Below, piece after piece: positions 1 to 11,500 of a stretch of 30,633 nt of DNA (its first letter is position 1; every line of letters begins with the position of its first letter). Under the pieces are notes generated by a model. That model did not search any database. It worked only from the letters and a program-made list of their open reading frames with translations, and had not been told where the DNA came from. Source of the stretch: a virus (taxonomy: Duplodnaviria > Caudoviricetes); the IMG/VR virus record IMGVR_UViG_3300013094_000183, positions 1-30,633 of that record. One strand, written 5' to 3'. The translations under genes were made by a program, and so were the position numbers.

Positions 1-303
1 ACAATTCCAACCTACTTTAACTATAACGGTACACCGTTAAACCCAGCGCCACCAAACTTACCAGTATCTGCGCCTAGCAACTATACGCCTCAATTTGAGA
101 ACCAAATATTAAGCCAGCTACGTTTGTACTTTAACCAGCTAAATAACTATACCCAAGCTACTGCTATACCAGACTACGGAACAAAAACCCAAAGACCGAC
201 TGCTAATCAACAAATTGGTCAGTTTTACTTTGATACCACTCTTGGGTATCCTATTTGGTGGAACGGTACTAAATGGGTAAATGCTAGTGGAACGGTGGTT
301 TAA
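1..303 (+). CDS. Tail-associated virion protein, 5'-truncated by window edge
   Basis: Frame 1 is open from base 1 to TAA at 301-303 (not in the ORF track): ...PAPPNLPVSAPSNYTPQFENQILSQLRLYFNQLNN...GTKTQRPT...GQFYFDTTLGYPIWWNGTKWVNASGTVV*. The GTxxxRP / YFDTTLGxPIWWNG end is typical of tail fibre/spike C-termini. Confidence 0.7.
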   Translation, partial: TIPTYFNYNGTPLNPAPPNLPVSAPSNYTPQFENQILSQLRLYFNQLNNYTQATAIPDYGTKTQRPTANQQIGQFYFDTTLGYPIWWNGTKWVNASGTVV

Positions 304-343
304 ATGATAAACTTCAATAAATACGTATTAAAGGAGGCCATTT

Positions 344-832
344 ATGGCTAATATGGGAATTGGTGCAGCTATGCTTATGAAGCATGCTATGGGTGACAAC
401 GCAGGTAATGCCGGAATCAGTGCGCTTAATCCTTCCATGCCCCCTGCACAAATGGCTCCTAAAAAGCCTGCAGCTAGCGCTTTAAAAATACTAACTAATT
501 ACTTCCAAAACCGTGGAATCCCTATCCCACAAGGTATGGCTGCAGTACAAAAAGAAATATCCGAAGGTTTACAATTACTTCAGTTTAGGCAGTCAATTAT
601 GGCTATTAAAGAAATGGGTCAAGGAGTTGCCCAGATTCACTTTTTTACTTTAGATACCGAAGCCCAACTTAGCGAAGATGTTAAACACTTTATTAATTTG
701 CTTCGTAAAGCGGGTATTCATACTATCTACGATAAAGATGCTGACCCAGTACTTATGCAAGCTGCCCAACCTATGGGGGTTACAGCACAGCAATCAGATC
801 AACCACAGTTTAAGTTAATGGCTACTCTATGA
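344..832 (+). CDS. Hypothetical protein (virion module)
   Basis: 162-aa ORF with strong RBS AAGGAGG at about 330-337; ATGA overlap with the next gene. Confidence 0.75.
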   Translation: MANMGIGAAMLMKHAMGDNAGNAGISALNPSMPPAQMAPKKPAASALKILTNYFQNRGIPIPQGMAAVQKEISEGLQLLQFRQSIMAIKEMGQGVAQIHFFTLDTEAQLSEDVKHFINLLRKAGIHTIYDKDADPVLMQAAQPMGVTAQQSDQPQFKLMATL

Positions 833-1221
833 GCCTAGTAATACAGCCTTCGTTTAAAAAAATAGAAGCTATGTTGCCCCAGCTTCGTGCTATGCCGCAA
901 GTTAAATGTGTTGAAAAACATCATTTTGGACCTGGAATGTATGTTAAAGAAGTTACTATGCCTGCTGGCTCTATTATTGTAGGTAAACCCCATAAGACTG
1001 AACATTTATGTATTTTGCTGCAAGGCAAAATGAAACTAGTTAAAGAAGATGGGGAAGTTATAGAGTTAGTTGCCCCTGCTACTTTTGTAGGTAAACCCGG
1101 TAGGAAAATAGCTTACATAATCGAAACCGTTGTTTTTCAAAATATTTTTGCAACCGATGAAACTGATGTGAAAAAGCTAGAACACATGTTTGTCGAGAAT
1201 CCGTTATTGGAAGGAAACTAA
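829..1221 (+). CDS. Cupin-fold (RmlC-like) phage protein
   Basis: HHFGPGMYVKEVTMPAGSIIVGKPHKTEHLCILLQG fits the cupin beta-barrel pattern with His ligands (HxxxH); G-x-K-x-A-Y second motif. Confidence 0.7.
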   Translation: MSLVIQPSFKKIEAMLPQLRAMPQVKCVEKHHFGPGMYVKEVTMPAGSIIVGKPHKTEHLCILLQGKMKLVKEDGEVIELVAPATFVGKPGRKIAYIIETVVFQNIFATDETDVKKLEHMFVENPLLEGN

Positions 1222-1222
1222 T

Positions 1223-2464
1223 ATGGCATTTGTTGACGTTGGTGTAGCTATTATTGGATCCGAAGCCGCTGCAGCTATTGGTACTGCTGGCACTGCTGCT
1301 ATCGGTTCTGGTTTAGTTGGTGCTGGTACAGGTGCATTAATGGCGGGTATCCAAGGAAAAAATGTGCTTAATGGCGCATTAATGGGTGGTGCGCTTGGTG
1401 CTGTAGGTGGTGGTATTGGTGGATCAATGATGGGTGCCGCAGGAAATGTTACTGGACAAATTGGTACTGATGTTGCTTCAATGCAAGCGGCGGGAGCAAG
1501 TTATAGCGAAGTAAACCAAGCTTTAATGGATACCTATGGTATGACTTCAGCCCAAGCTGATGCAGCTATAACCCAAACAGCCCAAACAGGATCAACTGCT
1601 GGTGGTATTAATGCCGCTTCTGCCAATGCTTTAGATAAAGGTGTAGGTATTGCAAGTAATATTGGTCCAAGTACGGCCCCCGTAGGTAGTAGCAATGCTG
1701 CTGTTCAAGGCGCTAAAACCGCTATGACTAACCCAAACCTTTTAAAATACGGTGTACCTGCAGCTATGGTTGCCTATGGTTCAGGTTTATTTGGTAATAA
1801 AACTAGTGGTCCCGGCATTACTTCACAAAACACTATTGGTCAATCTAAGCCTGTACCGGGTATTATGAGTGCCCAGCTAAGCCCAAATTATCAAGGTTAC
1901 TTCCAAGCAGCTGAGGGTGGCATTGCTAAGTTAGCTGTAGGTGGTGGGGCTGAAGCCGAAATGACTCCTGACGTTAACCAAACATCGGTTAATCCTGCTG
2001 ATCTGAATCAAAGTAAAAGTGCTAGTTTATCCCCACAAACACAGTCTTTATTAAACCAATATGGTATTAACCAAAGCCAAGCAACGGGTGTTCTATCAGC
2101 ATTACAAAGCCAAGGTATTGGTAATCAACCAACTCATGCAGCTTCAGGCGGTATTATGGGTTTAGCCTCTGGTGGTGGAACTGGCTATCACTTAGGTGGT
2201 TATTCAGATGGTGGTCGTTTACTTAAAGGTCCTGGCGATGGTATGTCCGACGAAATTCCTGCAACAATTGGTCATAAACAACCAGCCCGTTTGGCTGATG
2301 GTGAGTTTGTTGTGCCTGCTGACGTTGTCTCGCATCTTGGTAACGGTTCTACTGATGCTGGTGCAAAGCACCTCTATAAGATGATGGATAACATACGACA
2401 TGCTCGCACAGGTAATAAGAAACAAGGCAAACAAATTAAGGCAGACAAATACTTACCAAAATGA
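1223..2464 (+). CDS. Internal virion / DNA ejection protein (Gly/Ala-rich)
   Basis: Likely start ATG 1223 (MAFVDVG) after GGAAGG rather than 1190. Gly/Ala-rich hydrophobic N-terminus; C-terminal GPGDGMSDEIPA...ARLADGEFVVPADVVSHLGNGSTDAGA block that I recognise from podovirus internal proteins. Confidence 0.65.
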   Translation: MAFVDVGVAIIGSEAAAAIGTAGTAAIGSGLVGAGTGALMAGIQGKNVLNGALMGGALGAVGGGIGGSMMGAAGNVTGQIGTDVASMQAAGASYSEVNQALMDTYGMTSAQADAAITQTAQTGSTAGGINAASANALDKGVGIASNIGPSTAPVGSSNAAVQGAKTAMTNPNLLKYGVPAAMVAYGSGLFGNKTSGPGITSQNTIGQSKPVPGIMSAQLSPNYQGYFQAAEGGIAKLAVGGGAEAEMTPDVNQTSVNPADLNQSKSASLSPQTQSLLNQYGINQSQATGVLSALQSQGIGNQPTHAASGGIMGLASGGGTGYHLGGYSDGGRLLKGPGDGMSDEIPATIGHKQPARLADGEFVVPADVVSHLGNGSTDAGAKHLYKMMDNIRHARTGNKKQGKQIKADKYLPK

Positions 2465-2862
2465 TCATTAGCCACATCCAGACAAACTACTGTGCCCAAA
2501 TTTGGCCTAAAGTAGAAGGTTTTTTAGCAGAAGCCTGTAAGTTTGGCGATGAGTACACATTAGATCAGATTAAAGTGTTTGTTTGCACAGGGCAATGGAT
2601 GTTGTTAGTGGCAGGAGATAATGAGAAAATATACGGCGCAGCAACAGTAAATTTTCTAAATATGCCAAACAGTAGGGTAGCATTTGTTACAGCTATAGGT
2701 GGAAAGTTAATTTCCAGTAAAGATACTTATGGTCAGATGGTAGAAATTTTTAAGCATTTTGGAGCTACTAAAGTTCAAGGTGCTGCTAGAGAGTCTATTG
2801 CACGTTTGTGGAGTAGATACGGGTTTAAAGAACGCTACAGGATTGTAGAGGCAAATATATGA
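2461..2862 (+). CDS. GNAT-like (acetyltransferase-fold) virion morphogenesis protein
   Basis: 133 aa, lies between internal protein genes as T7 gp13 / P22 gp14-type genes do; ends with GNAT-like G-x-A-R-x-S-x-x-R-L-W-x-R-Y-G-F. Confidence 0.5.
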   Translation: MIISHIQTNYCAQIWPKVEGFLAEACKFGDEYTLDQIKVFVCTGQWMLLVAGDNEKIYGAATVNFLNMPNSRVAFVTAIGGKLISSKDTYGQMVEIFKHFGATKVQGAARESIARLWSRYGFKERYRIVEANI

Positions 2863-5495
2863 ATTTGATTAAATTGTTAAAGTGGTTTTTTATAGACCAA
2901 TTTATGTTGGGTTTTGGTGGCGGCGGATCTAGCGGTGGTGGTGGAACCACACAATCAGTATCAAATCAATATTCAAGTCTATCACCTTGGGCAGCGCCCT
3001 ATGTGACGTCTATGCTTGGTGCTGCTCAAAACCAAGTGTTTCAAACTGACCCAACCTCGGGTCAAATTACAGGCATGAACCCATACAATGCTTTTGGTAC
3101 ATCCAATGGTCAAGGTGGTCAATATGGTATGACTGCTAATGATATGACTGCCGCTAATTCTGCAGTGGCTCCATTTAGTCAACTTCAAAACCAATCTTTT
3201 GGTGCTGCAAGTAATCTGCAAACTCCTGGACAGTATGGTATGGCTACTGGCGCCGCTGGTATGGGTACTATGGGTGCTTTAGGTGCAGGTCAAAATCTGC
3301 AAAACACTCTGACTAGTGGTAATGCTATGAGTCAGTATATGAACCCATATATTCAAAATGTGCTTAACCCAGCTCTACAGCTATCTAACCAACAGTATGG
3401 TATCGCAGGACAACAAGCCCAAAGCGCTGCTACAGGTGCAGGTGCTTTCGGCGGATCACGTAATGCTTTAGCACAAGGTTTAAATCAACAAAATCAAATG
3501 CTGGCTAATAACCAGTTAATTGGTAACGCCTATAACACTGCATATGGTAATGCACAAACTCAAGCTAATAACGTAGCTAATATTGGGTTACAAGGTAATC
3601 AAGCTGCTATTACTGGTGGTAATACTTTAGCTAATATTGGTGCTTCACAAAATGCTACTAACTTGGCTAATATTGGTGTACAAAATCAATACGGTCAACA
3701 ACAGACTGCGGGTCAGCAAGCAATTATTAATCAGGCTATGCAGAACTACCAGACCGGTCAACAATATCCAATACAACAACTTACTAATCTAAAAAACTTA
3801 GCTTCTGGTATTCCTGTTACAGATACAACTCAAGTTCAACAAGTTGCTCCCCCTTCTACTGCTAATTTAATTGGTGGTGCTGGAATGACTGGGCTTGGTA
3901 TTGCTGCTGCAAGTGGTAACGCACCTACAACTACTATTAATATGAATACGCCACAAGTTGCTGCTGCTAAAGCTGGCGGTATTATGAAAATTAAACGTAT
4001 GGCTAATGGTGGTATTGGTTCTATTGTTACTAAAGCTATAGATGATCCAAAGTCGGTACCAGATCAAAGCCTTAAAGATGGGGTAATTCCAAAAGGATTA
4101 CCTGCTGATTTAGTTAGCGCATTAAAAACAAGCGAATCTTTACAGTCTAAAGCTATTTCACCAGCACCTACATCTACAGTTGTTCAAGATAATGATGCTA
4201 AGTTGCAACAGCAAGTAGCCCAAACTCAAGCAGTAGATTTACAAAAGCTACAAGCCGCATTACCTACTATTTTGGCTGACTTAAAAGTTCAAAGAGATAT
4301 TGCTGAAGAAAAAGGCAACAAAAAAGAAGTTAAACAAATAGATATGATGATGTCGGAAATACTTGCTAAAGCTCAAGAAGGTCAAGCTCAGCAAATGCAA
4401 CCGCAAAGTATTCAACAACTAGCTCAACCACAACAAGCCCCACAAGGTATTCAACAATTAGCACAACCCCAACAAGCCCCTCAACAAATGGCTCAAGCTC
4501 CACAACAAGTCCCACAAGGTATTGCTGGTGGTGGAGTTATTGCTTTTAGAAAAGGTGGTGAAGTTAAACGTTTTCTTGTTGGTGGTACAAGTACTGACGA
4601 TTCCAGCGCAGACCTTTCTCCTATTTTTAGTAAAATTGGTAGTGCTTTTAGTAATGTAGCTAAAGGGACTGTTAATGCTATGGATCCTGACGCACCTGCT
4701 CCAACACCTGTAGAAACTAAACCTCCAGTAGAAACTAAACCCCCAGTAGAAAAACCTAACAATAAAATTATTATTGGTGACCGTGCTCCTTCTGTGCCTA
4801 GAGAACCAAGTGCTCCAGTTGTTAATATGGATACATTTGATGTTACTAAGTCTACGAATAATATTACCAAAATGGTAGATAACTTTTCTAATATGTTAAT
4901 GAGTCAGTACAATCGTGACGATTCAAGCAAAGCTATTAGTAATGCACTTATAGCTGGTGGTGCTGCTTGGGGTAGCCATAAAGGTGTTGGTACTGGAATG
5001 GGTGATGCTATTGGTGCATTTGGTCCTGAATATCTACGTAGTACACAAGCTGAAAATGACCGTAAAGATAAGTTAATGGGTCAATATATGGCATTAGGTA
5101 TGAGTGGCGCTGGATTGCAAATGCAAGCTCAAAAATTGGGTATTGATGCTGCAGAATTTAAAGCTAAAGCACCGTTGTACGCTGCACAAGCACACTACTA
5201 TCTTAATAAAAAGAATACAGGTAGCCAAGGGCTTGGTTCTGTTTCCGGTACTGTAGTTCAAAAAGAACTTGATGCTGCAGAAGGATATAAAGCTAACCCG
5301 TCAACTGCACCATTTTTTAAGAATTTACCAAAAGAGACTCAAATTGCTTTAACTAAAACTGATCCTAGCTCTGGTTCTTACCAGCGTAATATGGATGTAT
5401 TTAATCAGGCACTAGATGACTATACTGGTAAAAGATTAAGAACTATGCAGTTTTTTGGGGCAAAAACTCCTGTAGTAGCTTCTAGCGCAGAATAA
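2859..5495 (+). CDS. DNA ejection / pilot (DNA transfer) protein
   Basis: 878 aa, Gln/Gly/Asn-rich; GGGGSSGGGG N-terminal linker, YMNPY and GAFGGSR motifs characteristic of podovirus pilot/ejection proteins. Confidence 0.65.
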   Translation: MNLIKLLKWFFIDQFMLGFGGGGSSGGGGTTQSVSNQYSSLSPWAAPYVTSMLGAAQNQVFQTDPTSGQITGMNPYNAFGTSNGQGGQYGMTANDMTAANSAVAPFSQLQNQSFGAASNLQTPGQYGMATGAAGMGTMGALGAGQNLQNTLTSGNAMSQYMNPYIQNVLNPALQLSNQQYGIAGQQAQSAATGAGAFGGSRNALAQGLNQQNQMLANNQLIGNAYNTAYGNAQTQANNVANIGLQGNQAAITGGNTLANIGASQNATNLANIGVQNQYGQQQTAGQQAIINQAMQNYQTGQQYPIQQLTNLKNLASGIPVTDTTQVQQVAPPSTANLIGGAGMTGLGIAAASGNAPTTTINMNTPQVAAAKAGGIMKIKRMANGGIGSIVTKAIDDPKSVPDQSLKDGVIPKGLPADLVSALKTSESLQSKAISPAPTSTVVQDNDAKLQQQVAQTQAVDLQKLQAALPTILADLKVQRDIAEEKGNKKEVKQIDMMMSEILAKAQEGQAQQMQPQSIQQLAQPQQAPQGIQQLAQPQQAPQQMAQAPQQVPQGIAGGGVIAFRKGGEVKRFLVGGTSTDDSSADLSPIFSKIGSAFSNVAKGTVNAMDPDAPAPTPVETKPPVETKPPVEKPNNKIIIGDRAPSVPREPSAPVVNMDTFDVTKSTNNITKMVDNFSNMLMSQYNRDDSSKAISNALIAGGAAWGSHKGVGTGMGDAIGAFGPEYLRSTQAENDRKDKLMGQYMALGMSGAGLQMQAQKLGIDAAEFKAKAPLYAAQAHYYLNKKNTGSQGLGSVSGTVVQKELDAAEGYKANPSTAPFFKNLPKETQIALTKTDPSSGSYQRNMDVFNQALDDYTGKRLRTMQFFGAKTPVVASSAE
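4399..4523 (+). repeat. Imperfect coding repeat (PQxIQQLAQPQQA)
   Basis: QSIQQLAQPQQAPQGIQQLAQPQQAPQQMAQAPQQVPQGI; tattcaacaa recurs at 39-nt spacing. Confidence 0.6.
4706..4757 (+). repeat. 18-nt coding tandem repeat (PVETKP, about 2.5-3 copies)
   Basis: cctgtagaaactaaa-cctccagtagaaactaaa-cccccagtagaaaaacct. Confidence 0.7.
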
Positions 5496-5503
5496 GGACC
5501 ACT

Positions 5504-8500
5504 ATGCCAAAGGTAACTATACCGGGGGTCGGGGTAGTAAATTATCCTGATTCTATGTCTGATAAAGACATTATGTCTCATGCTCAAGGGTTACAGACTA
5601 AAGCTAATACACCGTTGTTAGATCCAAAAGATTTACCCGCTAAAGAACTTTTTAAAGGTGCTTTTTCTCGGGGTATTGAAGGACTTAAAGGCACTGCATT
5701 TGATTTGATTCCAGCATTAGCGGGTTCTGTTACTGGGCATGACCAATACGCTCAAGAACAAATGAAGGAATATCAAGACCGTATGGCTGCGGCAGAAGCC
5801 GAAAATCCTACAGCGTATAATAAACTTTCAGATATTAAAGGTATTGGAGATTTACCGGGGTTTGTGGCAGAAACTGCCGGTATGTTGGCACCTGATGCAT
5901 TGTCTTTTATTGCTGGCACAGGCGTAGGTACAACGCTTGGTAAATATGCTGCTAGAAAAGGTGCAGAAAAAGTTCTTGAAAAAAGTGCTCTTGAGTATGC
6001 TGCTAAAAAAGGACTTACTGGTGAAGCTGCGGATACTGCTGTAGAAGCATTTAAAAACCGTGCAATAGGTCAAAATGTTATATCTAATGCTACTGAGCAT
6101 GGTGCAAGCATTGGTACAAATTTAGGATTAACTAGTACATCTATGGCTATTAATGTGCCGGATGTACTGCAAAGTGTATATCAAGATACTGGTGAATTAC
6201 ACCCCGGTATTGCTTTAACTGTTGGTCCAATTGTTGGTGCTTTAGATACTATATTTCCAGCCCATATTGTTAAACAACTTGGTAGTACAGGCAAAAAAAT
6301 ATTAGCCAAAGAGTTGTTAGATAAGTCTACTGTTGTACCTACAACTTGGAAAAAAGCGTTTGGTAAAGAGTTACTTAAAGACGTTAGCATGGAGTCTTTA
6401 ACTGAGGGTACGCAACAAGCTTTACAAGTAGCTGCATCACAGATGGCTGGAGATAAGAAAAAATTCTTTGATCCTAACAATATTGATAGCATTATTATGG
6501 CATCGATTCAAGGTGCTATTGGTGCTGGTAGTATGGGTGCTATTCCTTCGGCTATACAAGCTAAGGGTATCAAAGCACAATCAGAACAAGATGCAGCAGC
6601 ACAAAAAGCGCAAGCTGCTTTAGATGCACAAAAAGCACAACCTCCTGCACCTCCTCTTGCATTAGGATATACATCTCCTCCAGCAATGCAACAGGTAGAA
6701 ACCGACCAAAGTAAACGACCTATTGAAGTATCTCCCGGCATTACGTATGACCCAACTACAGGGCTACATACTATTCAACAACAAGAAGAACAGCCCGGTC
6801 GTACAGTAAATCCGTTAATGAATATGCCTCAACCTAACCCTGAGTTAGTTGGTCAAGGCGCACCTAATGTTGAGTTAAATCCAGCTCAACAAGAAATGTT
6901 TGATACTACTGCTTTTGAAAAAAGACAGCCTTCAATAGATTCAGCCCTTGCCGGCCCACCAGAAGCTCCAACCGAATTTAGTTCTAAGTTAGATGCAGAA
7001 ACTTTAAAAGGAACTGGTCTCAAACCACAGTCTGGTTTTTTTAAACAGCTTCTTGATAAAGATATGTCTAAGCCTAAACAGCAAGCTGCAGTAGCGGATA
7101 TTCTTATAAATGTAAGAAAAAACCCTAACTTATCAGATTCAACTAAAAATGCTGTTGAAGCCGTTGCTATGCAAGCTTTTGGCGCATTAGCTAAACAACA
7201 AGAAATGTTTACCCCACTAGGTAACGTAAGAAAGGATGCATCTTATGCAGGAGTCCAACCTACAGTTCAATCTAAACCTATCAGTACAACAAATAGAACA
7301 GGCATTCAAGTTCCTAACGAGTCGGTACCAAACCAACCCGCCGGAGGAGTTACAGCACCTCAACAACGACGAGTGGCTCCAGTTACAGAACCTACTGCTC
7401 AATCTGCAGTACGAGAAACAGTGCAACCTTCTGCATTAAGTCAAGAGGATCAAGATGCACTTCAAGCCGAACTTCAAGCTGAAATGGCAGGTCAACAACC
7501 TACGCAACAAATGGGAACGACTCCACAAGCAGCTACTACCCCTGCTCAAGAATCTATTGTTAGAACTAATCAAGGAATACCTCAAGTGGCTGGTGTGGCA
7601 CAGTCTCAACCTGTTGCTAAAACTTCCGCTACCCAAACGTTGGCACCAGCGCTTATTCCTCATTCTGCTAAAGATATATTAAAGCAAGCCGAACAAGAAA
7701 AAGCTCGTAGAGAGAAGTTAGCAGAAGAAGGTAATCCCGAGTTTCAAGAACTTGGTCGTGCTGGTACAGGTGAATTTGACGTAAGCAAAGGTTATATGGG
7801 CTTTGCTAAAGAAGATGTAAAAAACATTGACGATAGTATTGCAGTAACAGATTTGTTACGTGGTGCAACACTTACCCCTATAGCTAAAGCTGCTAAAACA
7901 TATTTTGGTAAGATGCCTCGCCTTGTTGATAATTTAATCAACGTTGCATTTGATATAGCTTTTAATCCACCACGTTTTAGAGTTGAAGGTGAAAGCAATA
8001 GAGAAGCTAAATTTTTCCAAGGTATGAATGGAGCTAGTGCTCGTCTTGCTGCGGATTGGATACATAAAAATTTAAGCCCAGATACAGATAAGCAGTTCCG
8101 TGACTTTATTCGTGGTTTTGAACGTGCACGTGATACGACTAATGATACTCAGTTAATGCAATTAATTATGTCTGGTGTATCTGGTACTAAGGCTAAAGTT
8201 ACCGATGAAACTATTCAAAGCTATATAGATGCTATGTCTGCCGATATTGCTAATGCTCGTAACCGTGAAGCTCGCCGTGCGGTATCAGGTAAAACCAAAA
8301 AGATTCTTGAAAGCTCAGTAATTACTTTAGCTCATCCACTTCACCCAGCAGTCATAGCAGCTATCCATAATGGTGATTTACAGTCTGCATTAAAACTAAT
8401 GGCTGCAAGCTCTGATCCTTTTATTGCTAAAACCGCAGCTCGTTTTGCTGCTGTTAATTTAAATACAAAGATTAATGTAGTTGATGGTTTAATTGATGAA

Positions 8501-11500
8501 TCTGGTCGTCCTGTTCCCGGTTTATTTCACCCAGAAACTAACACAATATTGATTGATTCCATTACCGGCATGAACGGGCATGTGCTTCTGCATGAACCTG
8601 GACATGCAGTAACATCTCATGTATTAGATAACCCTAATCATCCATTAACTCGTCAACTACAACAAGTTCTTGATAAAATTAAAGATAGCCTAGATACAGC
8701 TTATGGCGCTACTGACGTGCATGAGTTTGCTGCTGAAGCTTTGTCGAATCCACAATTTGTAGGGAAACTACAATCTATTAACCCTAATGGTGGAGTACAT
8801 ACAGCGTGGGATATGTTTGCCCGTGCAGTAATTAATTTCTTTCGTCGTATGGTTGGTTTAGAGTCTAGACCCTTAGCTTCTGCTTATGATGAAGTTGACC
8901 GTATTCTATCAGGCATCATTTCCCCATCTCCTGAGTATCGTGACGCAGGGGCACTATACGCCCCAACAATCGCTAAGGACCAACAAATTTTTACTGGAGT
9001 AAATAAATTAGTTAGAAGCGTTCCAGTTTTAAATGAAAATCAAAAAGCTCATCTTGCGGATGGTATTAAACGGGCTGGTAAATTAACTAGATCCGGCATC
9101 TTCTCTATGTTACCTACTCATGCTTTAGGTGAAGTAGCTGAAAGTGTATTTCCCGGACTTGGTATGAAGTTTCATAATTTAATCAATGATCGCTCAGGTT
9201 ATCAAAATGATTTAAACAATAAGACTGATGCTGTTGTTACTGAAGCTAAAGCAGCTATTAAGGCAAAACCAGAACAACAAAAAACTTTTAATGCCATTGC
9301 TAATGAGAGTACAGTCTACGAGGTTGACCCAACTAAACCTATGTCTGAATATAAAGATCCAGAGGACATTAAAGTTTGGAAAGATTTAAATAGCCGTTAC
9401 AACAAGCTCGATAAAGTTTGGAAAGACCTATACGTTACGATGCGTAACGCTTATAAAGAAATGTATGAGGAAGTTAAGAAATCTATTAACGAACGTATTG
9501 AAGAAACTGCTTTAGATGCAGGTACTAAAAAACGAGTTAGAGATGCCATTATGGCTAAGCTATCTGAAAAAGGTATGCTTGATCCTTATTTTGCTTTAGG
9601 TCGTGAAGGTGAACATTGGTTAGCATTTAACTATAAAGATAAAAATGGTCAAATGCAACGTACGCAAGAAGCGTACAAAACAGACTATGAACGTGCTGCT
9701 CGTATGGAAGAACTTCAAAAGCTAGGTGCTACAGAAGTTGAACCTTATGAAAAGGTTTCGGCAATGAACTACCGCCGTGCACCTACTGGTTCATTTATGA
9801 ATAGTATCTTACAGATTATGGATACTAACGGAGTACCAGAAAAAGCCGTTGAAGAAACTATGCGGTTATTCTTAGCTACATTGCCGGAAACAGCATTTGC
9901 CCAATCACTTCAAAAGCGTAAAGGCACTCCCGGTTACATGGACGATACTATTGGTGTCTTCGAGCGTAAGATGCGTAATACTGCGCACCAAGTAGCTAAC
10001 ATGCGGTTTAATCCCCAACTTACTAATGTAGTTGACGAAATGCAACAAAAAACAGTTGCAGCAGGTGTGGCTGGTAAAGGTAATCAACTTGAAAAAGATT
10101 ATGTAACTGAGTTTGAAAAACACTTGAAGTATGTACTAAATCCGACTAAACGGGATCTTGGTAGCATTCTTGCGTCAACTGCATTTACTTATACGCTTGG
10201 TTTTAATTTATCTTCCGCTGTAGTTAACATGGCTAACGTACCAATGATTGTAGCTCCTTATTTAAAGGGTCAATATGCTAGTTATAACGTAGCTGGTGCT
10301 ATTGGTAATGCTTCTAAGATTTTTATAGGTAGCGGCACAAATGCTGAAATGGAAGTGCTTGGTGCTAATGGTAGAACTACTAAAACTAAAGTAATGCCAT
10401 CTATTTTAAATTATGCAAAAGATTCGGCTATTGGTAGAAAGTACGCTAAGCTGATTGAAATTGCTAATAAACGTGGACAGTTAAACCGTTCGCAACTTTA
10501 TGAGTTAATTAATGGTGATACCCGTACAGGTTTACTATCTAAATTTAATGCTATGTCGGGTTGGATGTTTCATCATGGTGAACGGATGAATCGTGAAGTA
10601 ACTATGATTGCTTCATTTGATCTTGAAATGCAGAAGTTGGCTAAAGATATTAAGAGTGGTAAGTTAACTCAAGAAGAAGCTGAAACCCAAGCAGCTAACA
10701 ATGCTGTATATACTGCAGAACTTACCAATGGTAGTATTGCTGCAGCTTCGGCCCCACGTGTAGCTCAAAATCCAATAGGTAAGTTGTTATTCATGTATAA
10801 ACGCTATGGTGTTTCTATGTATTACATGATGTTTAAAACAGCTAAAGAAGCTATAGATGTTAATCTTCCAGCCGATCAACGTAAAGCCGCATGGAGACAA
10901 CTAGGTGGAATCGTAGGTATGTCTGCATTAATGGCAGGTGCTCAGGGTATTCCTTTATTTGGTTTAGCTTCAATGGTCTATGCTTTGTTCTGCGACGATG
11001 ATGATGACGATTTAGACAATGTTACCCGTAAAGGTCTAGGTGAGTTTCTTTATAAAGGTCCGTTAGAGTACTTTACCAACCTATCTATTGCTAGCCGTAT
11101 TACTTTAAATGACTTGATTGTGCGTGATACTAAAGGCGGTACATCAGCAACTACATTTACCCAGCAGATTGGTCAAGCTATGGGTGGTCCTGCATTTGGT
11201 ATTATGGATAGAATCCAGCGTGGCTATAGCAAAATAGCTGAAGGTCATCTTGAACGTGGTATTGAAGATATGTTACCTTCCGCTTTATCTAATCCACTTA
11301 AAGGATATCGTTACGCAACTGAAGGAACTAATACTCTACGTGGGGATCCAATCACTGGAGATATTAATGCGTGGAACGTTGCTGCTCAAGCATTTGGTTT
11401 TGCACCAGCAGACTATACACGTCAAATTGAACTTAATGCCAAAGAAAAAGGTGTTGATAAATATGTAGTTCAAAAGGTTTCTAAATTAAAACAACGTTAC

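Noticed and set aside
305-313. Extended -10 promoter TGATAAACT upstream of ORF 344
   Set aside because: AT-rich 40-bp gap with no convincing -35; too weak to call.
2196-11468. Short alternative-frame and antisense ORFs inside the structural genes (e.g. 2219-2434, 4493-4870, 6181-6492, 7436-7663, 11250-11468)
   Set aside because: Fully nested in long coding genes, with no RBS or recognisable motifs; shadow ORFs.
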